Of a DNA stretch of 64,000 nt, positions 18,704 through 27,173 are shown one piece after another. The DNA is from an uncultured SAR86 cluster bacterium. Its GTDB lineage: Bacteria; Pseudomonadota; Gammaproteobacteria; Magnimaribacterales; D2472. The position numbers were made by a program, and so were the translations under genes. The stretch covers positions 38,872 through 102,871 of the forward strand of contig CAWUWW010000006.1 in NCBI GenBank assembly GCA_963926355.1. The letters are read 5' to 3'. Under the pieces are notes generated by a model that was not told where the DNA came from, ran no database searches, and saw only the letters and a program-made list of their open reading frames with translations. Every line of letters begins with the position of its first letter. Positions within the stretch are counted from its first letter, which is position 1.

Positions 18704-18739
18704 AGTATATATAAAATATTAAGTTTGTAAACTTTACAA
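18704..18739 (-). promoter_or_regulatory. candidate promoter (TTTACA-N16-TATACT) overlapped by a perfect 15-bp palindrome TTGTAAAcTTTACAA
   Basis: -35 at 18726-18731, -10 at 18704-18709 (minus strand), palindrome at 18725-18739. Many alternative AT-rich hexamers exist nearby. Confidence 0.3.
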
Positions 18740-18746
18740 CCTTGAC

Positions 18747-19190
18747 CTATAGCCATCGTCTTGTTTTTTTTGAGTAATCACTCCATTCAGTAAATTTTTG
18801 GCTCATAACCTTTTCTTCAGGAATGATCTGAAATACCGTTATGTATATCATAAAACTAACTATAAAAATCGGTGTTAATAAGGCTCCAAAAGATATGCCA
18901 GAGCCTAGAATGATAAATACCATACCTAGATACATGGGGTTTCTAGATATATTAAATGGCCCTGATGTAACTAAATATGACGCCTTGTCAGGACTCATTG
19001 GATTGATTGTAGTTTGTACTTTTTTAAACTCTTTTGCGGCATAAATTAATATTGACATTCCTAATAGAATGAGAAGAAATCCAATAAGAATATTGGTACT
19101 GTATTTAAATTGAGGAAAAATTAAATTTACAAGATAGTTGATTGCTAAGAAAAAGAAAGTAACTATCGGCGGAGGAATCCTTGTATGCAT
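18747..19190 (-). CDS. isoprenylcysteine carboxyl methyltransferase (ICMT)/phospholipid methyltransferase family membrane protein
   Basis: 147 aa with 4 TM segments. SGPFNISRNPMYLGMV matches the ICMT-family RNPMY motif. Confidence 0.65.
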   Translation of the reverse strand: MHTRIPPPIVTFFFLAINYLVNLIFPQFKYSTNILIGFLLILLGMSILIYAAKEFKKVQTTINPMSPDKASYLVTSGPFNISRNPMYLGMVFIILGSGISFGALLTPIFIVSFMIYITVFQIIPEEKVMSQKFTEWSDYSKKTRRWL

Positions 19191-19220
19191 TAAGCAAGTT
19201 TAAAATAAATTCTTTTTAAT

Positions 19221-19305
19221 TGGTAGGGATGGAGGGGATCGAACCCCCACGCCTTGCGGCACTAGGTTCTAAACCTAGCGTGTCTACCAGTTCCACCACA
19301 TCCCC
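19221..19305 (-). tRNA. tRNA-Leu (anticodon UAG)
   Basis: 85 nt, folded by hand. Acceptor GGGGAUG/CAUCCCU (G1-U72), 3-bp D stem, anticodon arm CUAGG-UUUAGAA-CCUAG, 13-nt long variable arm UGCCGCAAGGCGU, T arm GGGGG-UUCGAUC-CCCUC, encoded ACCA end. Confidence 0.92.
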
Positions 19306-19354
19306 AGAAAGAAGCATTATATAGATTATTATTAATTAAAGGAAAGGTTAAATT

Positions 19355-19744
19355 TTACAAATCGTAAGAAATTTGATTCTTTCTACTTTTGTGAATTGTA
19401 TATAGTGAAATACAAAAAATGAAACCCACTATAAAAGTTGCCACTGAGAAGTCAGTAAAGCCTTCATAAATAAAACCAAAAATTTTTGCAACCATCATTG
19501 TTGAAGTGATGTAAATCAAAATAGTTCCTATTTGAACTTTTGATGAAGAGTAAACATACCTAATGGTTAAATAGCCACAAGCCAATATAAATCCAGCATA
19601 GGTCCTAACCAGGATTGATTGATCAGCACCTTCTATAGAAAATGGAATGAAAATATTATTAACATTCGGACCAAAAACAGTAACTGCCCCCATTACTAAA
19701 AATAATAAGCCAATAGAAACTAAAAATATTCTAAAAATAATCAT
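19355..19744 (-). CDS. small 4-TM membrane protein, function unknown
   Basis: 129 aa from the ATG at 19744. The track start is a TTG at 19801. ATGA overlap with the stop of the upstream small ORF. Confidence 0.5.
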   Translation of the reverse strand: MIIFRIFLVSIGLLFLVMGAVTVFGPNVNNIFIPFSIEGADQSILVRTYAGFILACGYLTIRYVYSSSKVQIGTILIYITSTMMVAKIFGFIYEGFTDFSVATFIVGFIFCISLYTIHKSRKNQISYDL

Positions 19745-19953
19745 AATACTCCAAGCATATAAAGGGCTATAAGAAAAGAAATTCCTCCAACACCCATCCA
19801 AATATACATTTCTTTATAATTTTTAAACTTATATGAGTTAATTGCAAGGAAACAGCAAAAAATTGGAGCAACTACCAAAACCCCATATCCAATTAATATT
19901 GCCAAAGGTATGAATGCTAATAGTAAAAAAGCTTGTAAAAACCACTTATTCAT
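19741..19953 (-). CDS. small 2-3-TM membrane protein, function unknown
   Basis: 70 aa from the ATG at 19953 (MNKWFLQAFLLLAF...). The track start at 19968 is a TTG. Translationally coupled (ATGA) to the next ORF. Confidence 0.45.
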   Translation of the reverse strand: MNKWFLQAFLLLAFIPLAILIGYGVLVVAPIFCCFLAINSYKFKNYKEMYIWMGVGGISFLIALYMLGVL

Positions 19954-19990
19954 AGGGTTATAAGACAACTATTTGAATATATTGTCAATT

Positions 19991-20638
19991 CTATTCGGAC
20001 TCAAACTCTAAATTATCACTGTCCATGGCGGATATCTCAGTTTGAATCTCTGCAATTGTTTGATTTAGCTGAATTTTATAAGTATTAAGTGCTTGAACTG
20101 AATCATCGATTAAAATAAGTTGGGTTTCTAATGATTTAATAGTTCTTTGAATATCTTGCATCTCCGAGATACCAAGAGTAAGTTTGTTTATTTGTAATTC
20201 ATTATTTTTAATAGTCTGTTTATTTAATTTAATTTCTTTGGAAGATGTTTGAGTGATGGTAAGCAAGTCTTTAGAGATTTTTTCTAACTCTGTTAGAGAT
20301 TTACTTAATTTGGCAATATTAACTTTATTTTTTTTGTTACTTAAATCCCAAAGCTTTCTAACCTCTTTATCTAAGAATTGTATAGAGGAGCTAATATCAG
20401 TAAGAGAGTCATTGTTAGTTTCATCTGCAATATTGATTTGTTCTTCAATGATTACCAATCTATTATCTATTAATTCTAAAGTTGTATTAATCGACTTTGA
20501 TTCAAAACTTTGCCATATAGCAAGAGATAAAATACTCATAAAAACAAGAATGTATATAAAACCAATAAATAAGCCTCCTGAGCTAGATTTATTTAAGTAG
20601 GCAGGTGATGTTTTGTCTGGTCTTATGTCTGAGTTCAT
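19991..20638 (-). CDS. N-terminally membrane-anchored coiled-coil protein, function unknown
   Basis: One TM segment (GLFIGFIYILVFMSILSLAIW) followed by about 160 aa of heptad-like I/L/K/E/N/Q-rich sequence. Confidence 0.5.
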   Translation of the reverse strand: MNSDIRPDKTSPAYLNKSSSGGLFIGFIYILVFMSILSLAIWQSFESKSINTTLELIDNRLVIIEEQINIADETNNDSLTDISSSIQFLDKEVRKLWDLSNKKNKVNIAKLSKSLTELEKISKDLLTITQTSSKEIKLNKQTIKNNELQINKLTLGISEMQDIQRTIKSLETQLILIDDSVQALNTYKIQLNQTIAEIQTEISAMDSDNLEFESE

Positions 20639-20705
20639 GTTTTTATAAATGATTTTATTAGCCTATAATAATTAAATCATATTTTACATTAACTAAAGAT
20701 TATTT

Positions 20706-21818
20706 ATGAATTTAGATTTTTCAAATGACCAAAAATTTCTTCAAGAAGAGGCGAGAAAGTTTCTCGAGAAAGAAGGCTCAATCAATAGAAATAGAAAAGT
20801 ATTAGATTCTGATCATAATACTGATATTGAACTCTGGAATAAAATAGTTGATCTTGGATGGACTGGAATTAGAATTCCTGAAGAGTATGGGGGGCTTGGC
20901 TTATCTCATTTAGAACTATGTGTTGTTGCAGAGGAGCTAGGAAGATTTCTTGCTCCGGTGCCTTTCTCATCTTCTGTCTACCTATTTACAGAAGCTATTA
21001 TAAAGTATGCCAATGAGGACATGAAAAAAGAGATCTTACCTAAAATAATCACTGGTCAAATTATTGGAACTCTTGCAGTGACTGAGGAGTTATGTGCGCC
21101 CACAGCCTTTAATATAAAAACTGAAGTTATTAATAACCATATCTCAGGCAAAAAAATTGCAGTACCAGATGCTGGAATTGCCACACATTCTATTATTGTA
21201 GCTAAATCAGGGGACTCTATAAGCTTAAACCTTGTAGATCATTCTTTAAATCAAGTTACTATCTCCCATCAAGAAAATATTGATGAAAGTAGAGGTCATT
21301 TTTCAATTGTTCTTAATGAAGCTCAGTGTGAACTTATTGGGGATACGTCTAATGGATGGCATTTATTTGAATCATTAATGGATCAGGCTGCTGTTTTATT
21401 TAGCTTTGAGCAGCTAGGCGGGTCTCAAGCTTCCTTGGATATGGCAGTTAGTTATGCAAAAGAGCGATATGCTTTTGGTAGACCGATAGGATCCTTTCAA
21501 GCCATTAAACACAAACTAGCTGATATGTATATTGCATTAACTTTAGCAAAATCAAATTGCTATTATGCAGCCTGGGCTCTTTCCTCAGATTCATCAGACC
21601 TGCCTACAGCTGCAGCAACAGCAAGAGTAAGCTCAACAAAGGCATATCAATTCTGCTCAAAAGAGAACATCCAAACACACGGAGGTAATGGTTTTACATG
21701 GGAATATGATTGTCATATGTTCTATCGAAGATCAAAACTTCTTTCTGTAAATATTGGCTCTCTTGGGAAATGGAAAGAGAAGTTAGTAAGCAGTCTTGAA
21801 CAATCAAATAAAAATTAG
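20706..21818 (+). CDS. acyl-CoA dehydrogenase family protein (shorter partner of an adjacent pair)
   Basis: 370 aa. ACAD N-terminal pattern (LWNKIVDLGWTGIRIPEEYGG), C-terminal FGRPIGSFQAIKHKLADM and HGGNGFTWEYD. Confidence 0.8.
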   Translation: MNLDFSNDQKFLQEEARKFLEKEGSINRNRKVLDSDHNTDIELWNKIVDLGWTGIRIPEEYGGLGLSHLELCVVAEELGRFLAPVPFSSSVYLFTEAIIKYANEDMKKEILPKIITGQIIGTLAVTEELCAPTAFNIKTEVINNHISGKKIAVPDAGIATHSIIVAKSGDSISLNLVDHSLNQVTISHQENIDESRGHFSIVLNEAQCELIGDTSNGWHLFESLMDQAAVLFSFEQLGGSQASLDMAVSYAKERYAFGRPIGSFQAIKHKLADMYIALTLAKSNCYYAAWALSSDSSDLPTAAATARVSSTKAYQFCSKENIQTHGGNGFTWEYDCHMFYRRSKLLSVNIGSLGKWKEKLVSSLEQSNKN

Positions 21819-21826
21819 GAAGAGCT

Positions 21827-23047
21827 ATGGATTTTAATGACACACCTGAACAAGCTAAATTTAGAAAAACTTGCAGAAAATGGCTGGAAGATAATGCTGA
21901 ATTAAGCTCAGGGGGTTCTAGAGAAGATTCTTTTGGAAATATTGACTATCTTGAAGTTGCTAAAGAATGGCAAAGAAAAAAATATCAAGCTGGTTGGGCT
22001 ATGCTACATTGGCCAAAAAGCTACGGTGGAATTGAAGCCTCACCAATTGAAAGAATTATTTGGTCTGAAGAAGAGTCAAAGTTTAATGTACCAAAGGGTA
22101 TTTTTGAAATAGGACTTGGAATGTGTGGCCCTGTGATGATGCAATATGCAACTGAAGAACAAAAATCTAGATTTCTTCCACCCATGGCTGAAGGTAAAGA
22201 GATTTGGTGTCAGTTATTTTCCGAACCATCAGCTGGATCTGATGTTGCTGGACTTAGAAGTAAAGCTGTTAAAAATGGAGATGAGTGGATAGTTAATGGT
22301 CAGAAGGTTTGGACTTCTGGAGCCCATTTTTGTGATTATGGAATTTTAGTTGTCAGGCATGATGCTAATTTAGACAAACACAAAGGAATGACTTTCTTTT
22401 TTGTTGATATGAAATCTCCAGGAATTGAAGTAAAACCTATTAAACAAATAACTGGTGGATCTAGCTTTAATGAGGTTTATTTTAATGATGTAGTAATTCC
22501 AGATACCCAAAGATTAGGAGATATAGGTGATGGCTGGAAGGTAGCCATAACAACTCTTATGAATGAAAGATTAGCCGTTGGAGATGCAAGTGGGGCTGAT
22601 GTAGAAGATGCATTTAGGTGGGCTAAAAACCAAGATGATTCCGGAGAACCATTAATCAATAATAAAGCTGCTAGAGGCTTAATTGCAGATTGGTATTGTG
22701 AGGCTAATGGTCTTAAAAATACTAAGTTACGAACTATGTCTGCCCTTTCAAAAGGAGAAACACCTGGGCCTGAAGCATCTATAACGAAAGTTGTTAGTGC
22801 TAATAAGCTTCAGAATATTGGTAACTTTGGAATTGACTCACTTGACATGGCAGGAATGCTAAAATCTGAAGATCCTGATATTAAAAATTTTCAAGGCTCT
22901 TGGTTGGGGGCTCCTGGTTTGAGAATTGCTGGGGGGACTGATGAAATTCTTAGAAATATAATTGCAGAAAGAGTTTTAGGCCTTCCTCAAGACCAAAGAG
23001 CAGATAAAGGCATAGCTTTTAAAGATATTCCATCAGGAAACTCATAA
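21827..23047 (+). CDS. acyl-CoA dehydrogenase family protein
   Basis: 406 aa. CQLFSEPSAGSD, VNGQKVWTSGA and C-terminal RIAGGTDEILRNIIAERVLGLP. Starts 8 nt after the previous ACAD. Confidence 0.85.
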   Translation: MDFNDTPEQAKFRKTCRKWLEDNAELSSGGSREDSFGNIDYLEVAKEWQRKKYQAGWAMLHWPKSYGGIEASPIERIIWSEEESKFNVPKGIFEIGLGMCGPVMMQYATEEQKSRFLPPMAEGKEIWCQLFSEPSAGSDVAGLRSKAVKNGDEWIVNGQKVWTSGAHFCDYGILVVRHDANLDKHKGMTFFFVDMKSPGIEVKPIKQITGGSSFNEVYFNDVVIPDTQRLGDIGDGWKVAITTLMNERLAVGDASGADVEDAFRWAKNQDDSGEPLINNKAARGLIADWYCEANGLKNTKLRTMSALSKGETPGPEASITKVVSANKLQNIGNFGIDSLDMAGMLKSEDPDIKNFQGSWLGAPGLRIAGGTDEILRNIIAERVLGLPQDQRADKGIAFKDIPSGNS

Positions 23048-23052
23048 TAAGG

Positions 23053-24768
23053 CTACCTAAAACTTGCTAAGAACTGTAAGAAGTTAGTTGACCCTCCATC
23101 TACCTGAATCGCACCAGAAGCAATGGCTTTTACAGGACTAATAAGCCCTGATAAAACTTGCTTAATAACAGTTTCGCTTGCCTCTACGGTAATATTGCAA
23201 TCGCCTAAAGCACTATTAGAAATTGCCGCAACATCATTCCTTATAGAAATTGTTTTATTATTTCCAGAAGGAAATATAAAACATACATTGTAATTATCTT
23301 TATAGATATTTTCTGGATTTAAACTTACTGACAGCCTGCTAAACATTGTATCAATTGATATTTCACTCACAGCCCCTTCGGTTATTATTGTTTCAGGAAA
23401 ACCTTTAAAATTCTTATCTAACTCAAGAGCGGATGTTAAAAAATAGTTTCTTTTGTTTGGATTTGAAGATCTATTACCTATATATAGCAATGCCTCTTTC
23501 TTTAGCTGATAAACCTCTTCTAAAGAATACTCTAAGGCAATCAATTGGTCGCTTAACTCTAAAGCCCATTGCATATCTTTATTAAAAATTGCCGCCTCTA
23601 AAGCAATAAATATTTTATCCTCTCCACCCAATAACTCAGAAAGTCTCTGTGCAGTTTCTAATGTTGATAACGGGTCTAGGTCAGTTGGATTTCCACTAAA
23701 CCATCCAAGATATCCATTAAAAATACTTTTAACAGACCACCTAATGGTTCCATAAAATTCTGAAAGAAATGGGGATTCAGCTAATTTGGCTGGAAGTTCT
23801 ATCTCTTTAACTATCTCATCAGGTGTCAGTCCTTCATTTATAAGCCTAATAGTTTGATCGTGAACGTATTGAATGGCATCTCTATAAATAGTTAATGTTT
23901 CCATAACTATATTACCTGTTAAGGGCTTTGTATGACTTGGGAATAAGTATTGAGGATTGAATGATCTCATGTGATCAAGGCTATTCACCCAACCAGCTAC
24001 ATCTCTATGCGTAGTTCCTCTAATAGTATATAAATTAGGAAAGGTTCTGTATATATTGTCCCCTGGCATAAGGGAAAGGTGATCAGGCAGCCAAACAAAT
24101 AACTGATCATTTGTTTCACCCGGAGCGTGATAAAGCTCAATATTCACCCCTGCTATGTTAATTTTTAGTTCTTTATTAAACGTAACATCTGGCTGAATAT
24201 ATCCTATAGGCGATTTTGAGATATTTAAGCTAGAGCCTATTCCAACATTGATTACCTCCCCCTCAGCCAAAGCAGTGCCAAACATTCTTGTGCTTCTCTT
24301 AGAAATAATAGGTTCGATAATGCCAAGAATACGCTGCATATAAAAATCCGTTGATTCGTGAGCAATAATTTTTGGTCTTTGAGCCTGAGTTGTTAAGTAG
24401 AAAGAAGTTCCAAAAGTATGATCTCCATGATTATGGGTATAAATAACAGCCTTTATAGGATTATTATTTTTAAGCTTAAATAAGGCGTATATCTGGGATG
24501 CTTCGAAAGTACTATCAGCGGAATCTATAATAATATTTCCATCAACCCCCTCAACCATTATTGAATTAGCTATGCCAAAACCAACTGCAATATGAATTTT
24601 TCCCCCTGGAGTATCGTAAGAATAAATGTTTCTTTCAAACTCTTTAGAATGCTCTATTAATTTTTCAACTTTTGATGTTTTTGGGAATTCTTGGGATACT
24701 TCATTTTCGCTTGAACATGAGGATACAATGAATAAGAAAACTGCTAAATATATATAATTAAATTTCAT
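23053..24768 (-). CDS. alkyl/aryl-sulfatase (metallo-beta-lactamase fold, SdsA1/BDS1-like) lipoprotein
   Basis: Lipoprotein signal MKFNYIYLAVFLFIVSSC, MBL motif IYTHNHGDHTFG, and a long C-terminal dimerisation/SCP2-like region ending ...VDGGSTNFLQFLASF. The track start at 24858 is a TTG. Confidence 0.8.
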   Translation of the reverse strand: MKFNYIYLAVFLFIVSSCSSENEVSQEFPKTSKVEKLIEHSKEFERNIYSYDTPGGKIHIAVGFGIANSIMVEGVDGNIIIDSADSTFEASQIYALFKLKNNNPIKAVIYTHNHGDHTFGTSFYLTTQAQRPKIIAHESTDFYMQRILGIIEPIISKRSTRMFGTALAEGEVINVGIGSSLNISKSPIGYIQPDVTFNKELKINIAGVNIELYHAPGETNDQLFVWLPDHLSLMPGDNIYRTFPNLYTIRGTTHRDVAGWVNSLDHMRSFNPQYLFPSHTKPLTGNIVMETLTIYRDAIQYVHDQTIRLINEGLTPDEIVKEIELPAKLAESPFLSEFYGTIRWSVKSIFNGYLGWFSGNPTDLDPLSTLETAQRLSELLGGEDKIFIALEAAIFNKDMQWALELSDQLIALEYSLEEVYQLKKEALLYIGNRSSNPNKRNYFLTSALELDKNFKGFPETIITEGAVSEISIDTMFSRLSVSLNPENIYKDNYNVCFIFPSGNNKTISIRNDVAAISNSALGDCNITVEASETVIKQVLSGLISPVKAIASGAIQVDGGSTNFLQFLASFR

Positions 24769-24769
24769 A

Positions 24770-26650
24770 ATGAAAAAGATCGAAGCTTTTAATAGTAAGC
24801 ATAATATAACCCCATTAAAGCCATTGTGGAATGAAACTTTATGGAAAAAATCGGACAACGAAGATAATAAAAATACATATCCGTTTTCAGAAGAGTTTGA
24901 TGATATTTTTTTTCAAGATAATGTTATTGAAGAAACAAACTATGTCTTCATTCAAGGAAATAACCTTGAAGAAAGGTGGAAGCAAAAAAAATTAAACGAA
25001 TTTAAAATCGGCGAACTTGGTTTTGGATTGGGATTAAATTTTTTTATTACATTAAAAAAGTGGATTGAGCTATATGATAAAAATTCAGGCAAGTTAACGT
25101 TTGTATCTATAGATTGTTATGCTCCGAAGCTCTCAGATATTAAAAAAATTAAAAATATCTATCCTGAGTTAGAGGAAGTTATTGATATATTCATTTCTCA
25201 AAATCCAATTTTTTTTAATGGAACCAATAATTTTTATATTGATAAATATCAAGTAACTTTAAAATTAATTATTGAAGAAATTGATACAGGATTGAAATCA
25301 ATTGAGAATATACCTAGTAATAAAATTGATGCTTGGTTCTTAGACGGATTTGATCCAAAAAAAAATCCAGATATGTGGAATGCTAACATCTTTAAAACAA
25401 TCTCAACCTTAAGTAATTTTAAATCAACCTTTGCAACCTATACTGCTGCTGGCTTTGTTAAAAGAAATCTTATGAAATATGGATTTGATGTTACTAAAAT
25501 TAAAGGATTTGCCAATAAAAGACATATGCTAAAAGGGAATTTTTTATATAGCAATCCCTTGCACATTAAGACAATATCTAAATCATATAGTGATGTAGCC
25601 GTAATTGGGTCAGGACTTTCCTCTGCCATTGTTGCAAATAAATTAGCATGCCATGGGTACAAGGTAGATGTTTATGAAAAAGGCAAATCTATCACAATAG
25701 AAACATCAAGCAATCCTTGGGCGGCTATGTATCCAAAACTATCACTAGGAGATGACTCAAGATCATATTTTTTAACTCAATCTTATTTTTATGCCCTGGA
25801 TTACTATAAAAAATATATTAAATCTTTTGATAATAGTGGTATTTTATTTCTATCAAATAGTGACTATAGGCAAGAATGGATTGAGAAAATTAATAAGCTT
25901 GATAGAAATGATATTTTTACAATTCAAAGCAAGGAAGTTATTAATAAAGCTAATAGTATCAATCAAAGCCTTGATGGTCTGTTGGTAAGGCACGGAGGAT
26001 GTCTATCGCCAAGCATTATTTGTAAGGAGCTTCTTATACATCCAAATATCACTATAAAGCTAAATCATGATTTTAAAAAATATGAACAAATTAATCCTGA
26101 GTTTGTTATGCCTATTTTTTCAAATACTGATTCCAAGAAAAAGTACTCAAGCTTAATACTTTCATCCGGGGTCAATTTAAAGAATTATGTTTCAAACATA
26201 ACATCTATGAAAGGCAGTATTATTGGAATAGAGTGTGATGAGTTAAGGGGTATTCAATATCCAATTAACCACTCTGGGTATGTATTGCCTCAAACTAATG
26301 GAATTACCTGGATTGGATCATCTTATGAGCAAGAAAATAAATCATTATCAACAAAAGAGATTCAAGAACATATTCTTTCAAAAGCTATAGAGGTTTTTAA
26401 AAATATAAAAGTTAATACACAAATTCTTGAGTGGTCAGGAATAAGATCAACTCTGCCAGATAGAATGCCTTTAGCAGGAGAAATTGATAATAATGTATTT
26501 ATGATCGGAGGCCTAGCTTCAAGAGGCTTAAGCTTTGCACCACTTTTAGCTGAAATAGTTTCGAATGAAATAAGTGGATTAGCTAGCCCGGTGTCTAAGA
26601 AAGTTCTGGAAAGCCTTAGCCCAAGTAGATTTACTAAAAACTCAACATAA
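24770..26650 (+). CDS. mnmC: bifunctional tRNA (mnm5s2U34) methyltransferase / FAD-dependent cmnm5s2U34 oxidoreductase
   Basis: FSEEFDDIFF...ETNYVF resembles E. coli MnmC SRDFDDVYF...ETRYVF. DAWFLDGFDPKKNPDMW matches DAWFLDGFAPAKNPDMW. FAD dinucleotide fold VAVIGSGLSSA in the C-terminal half. Confidence 0.88.
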   Translation: MKKIEAFNSKHNITPLKPLWNETLWKKSDNEDNKNTYPFSEEFDDIFFQDNVIEETNYVFIQGNNLEERWKQKKLNEFKIGELGFGLGLNFFITLKKWIELYDKNSGKLTFVSIDCYAPKLSDIKKIKNIYPELEEVIDIFISQNPIFFNGTNNFYIDKYQVTLKLIIEEIDTGLKSIENIPSNKIDAWFLDGFDPKKNPDMWNANIFKTISTLSNFKSTFATYTAAGFVKRNLMKYGFDVTKIKGFANKRHMLKGNFLYSNPLHIKTISKSYSDVAVIGSGLSSAIVANKLACHGYKVDVYEKGKSITIETSSNPWAAMYPKLSLGDDSRSYFLTQSYFYALDYYKKYIKSFDNSGILFLSNSDYRQEWIEKINKLDRNDIFTIQSKEVINKANSINQSLDGLLVRHGGCLSPSIICKELLIHPNITIKLNHDFKKYEQINPEFVMPIFSNTDSKKKYSSLILSSGVNLKNYVSNITSMKGSIIGIECDELRGIQYPINHSGYVLPQTNGITWIGSSYEQENKSLSTKEIQEHILSKAIEVFKNIKVNTQILEWSGIRSTLPDRMPLAGEIDNNVFMIGGLASRGLSFAPLLAEIVSNEISGLASPVSKKVLESLSPSRFTKNST

Positions 26651-27143
26651 TTTCATCTACAAGAACACCAACACTGTCTTCATTGGCAATAGATCTATAA
26701 GAGTTATCTCTCCAAGTAGTCACCACTGTCCACAATGTACTATCTTCTTTTAAGTCTTTTAAATTAACTCTCAAGATATTTTCTGTAATAGTTCTGGTGT
26801 CATTATGCATCTGAATTCCATTCCAATAATACCTAGAGTAATGAAAATTTATGTGATCAGATTCAATAGAATCTTTACTGGTTAGATTAATAACAAAAGC
26901 TAAATTTGATTCAGGAGAAAATTCCAAACCCCTTTCTTCGATTGCATTCTTTAAATTATTCTTAAATCTCTCTAGAATAATTGGATTAACCTCTGCGCTA
27001 ATATTAGATTCATTTATATTTATAGAAAAGTCGCTATAATTACTTAAATCAAAAGTAGCGATTGAATCGACCTCAATATTTGATTGGATACTTGTACAGC
27101 CAATTAAAATTACCAGACTCATTAATGTTGTTATTTTTTTCAT
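26634..27143 (-). CDS. small outer-surface/periplasmic lipoprotein (DUF4136-like?)
   Basis: Lipobox LVILIGCTS. About 170 aa. An alternative ATG lies at 27158. The family guess rests on size and general pattern only. Confidence 0.4.
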   Translation of the reverse strand: MKKITTLMSLVILIGCTSIQSNIEVDSIATFDLSNYSDFSININESNISAEVNPIILERFKNNLKNAIEERGLEFSPESNLAFVINLTSKDSIESDHINFHYSRYYWNGIQMHNDTRTITENILRVNLKDLKEDSTLWTVVTTWRDNSYRSIANEDSVGVLVDEIMLSF

Positions 27144-27173
27144 AGAATAATTGTACATGTTTTAGAATAAATT

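Noticed and set aside
18725-18739. Perfect 15-bp palindrome TTGTAAAcTTTACAA, considered as an ArgR operator.
   Set aside because: It does not match the ARG-box consensus I know (TNTGAATWWWWATTCANW). My rough estimate is that roughly ten 7+7 palindromes are expected by chance in 64 kb of DNA this AT-rich. I keep it only as context for the attenuator finding.
19191-19354. tRNA-Leu and tRNA-Arg (56828-56902) as integration sites for genomic islands.
   Set aside because: I noticed no integrase, transposase, phage genes or duplicated tRNA 3' fragment nearby. Flanking genes have the same composition as the rest of the window.
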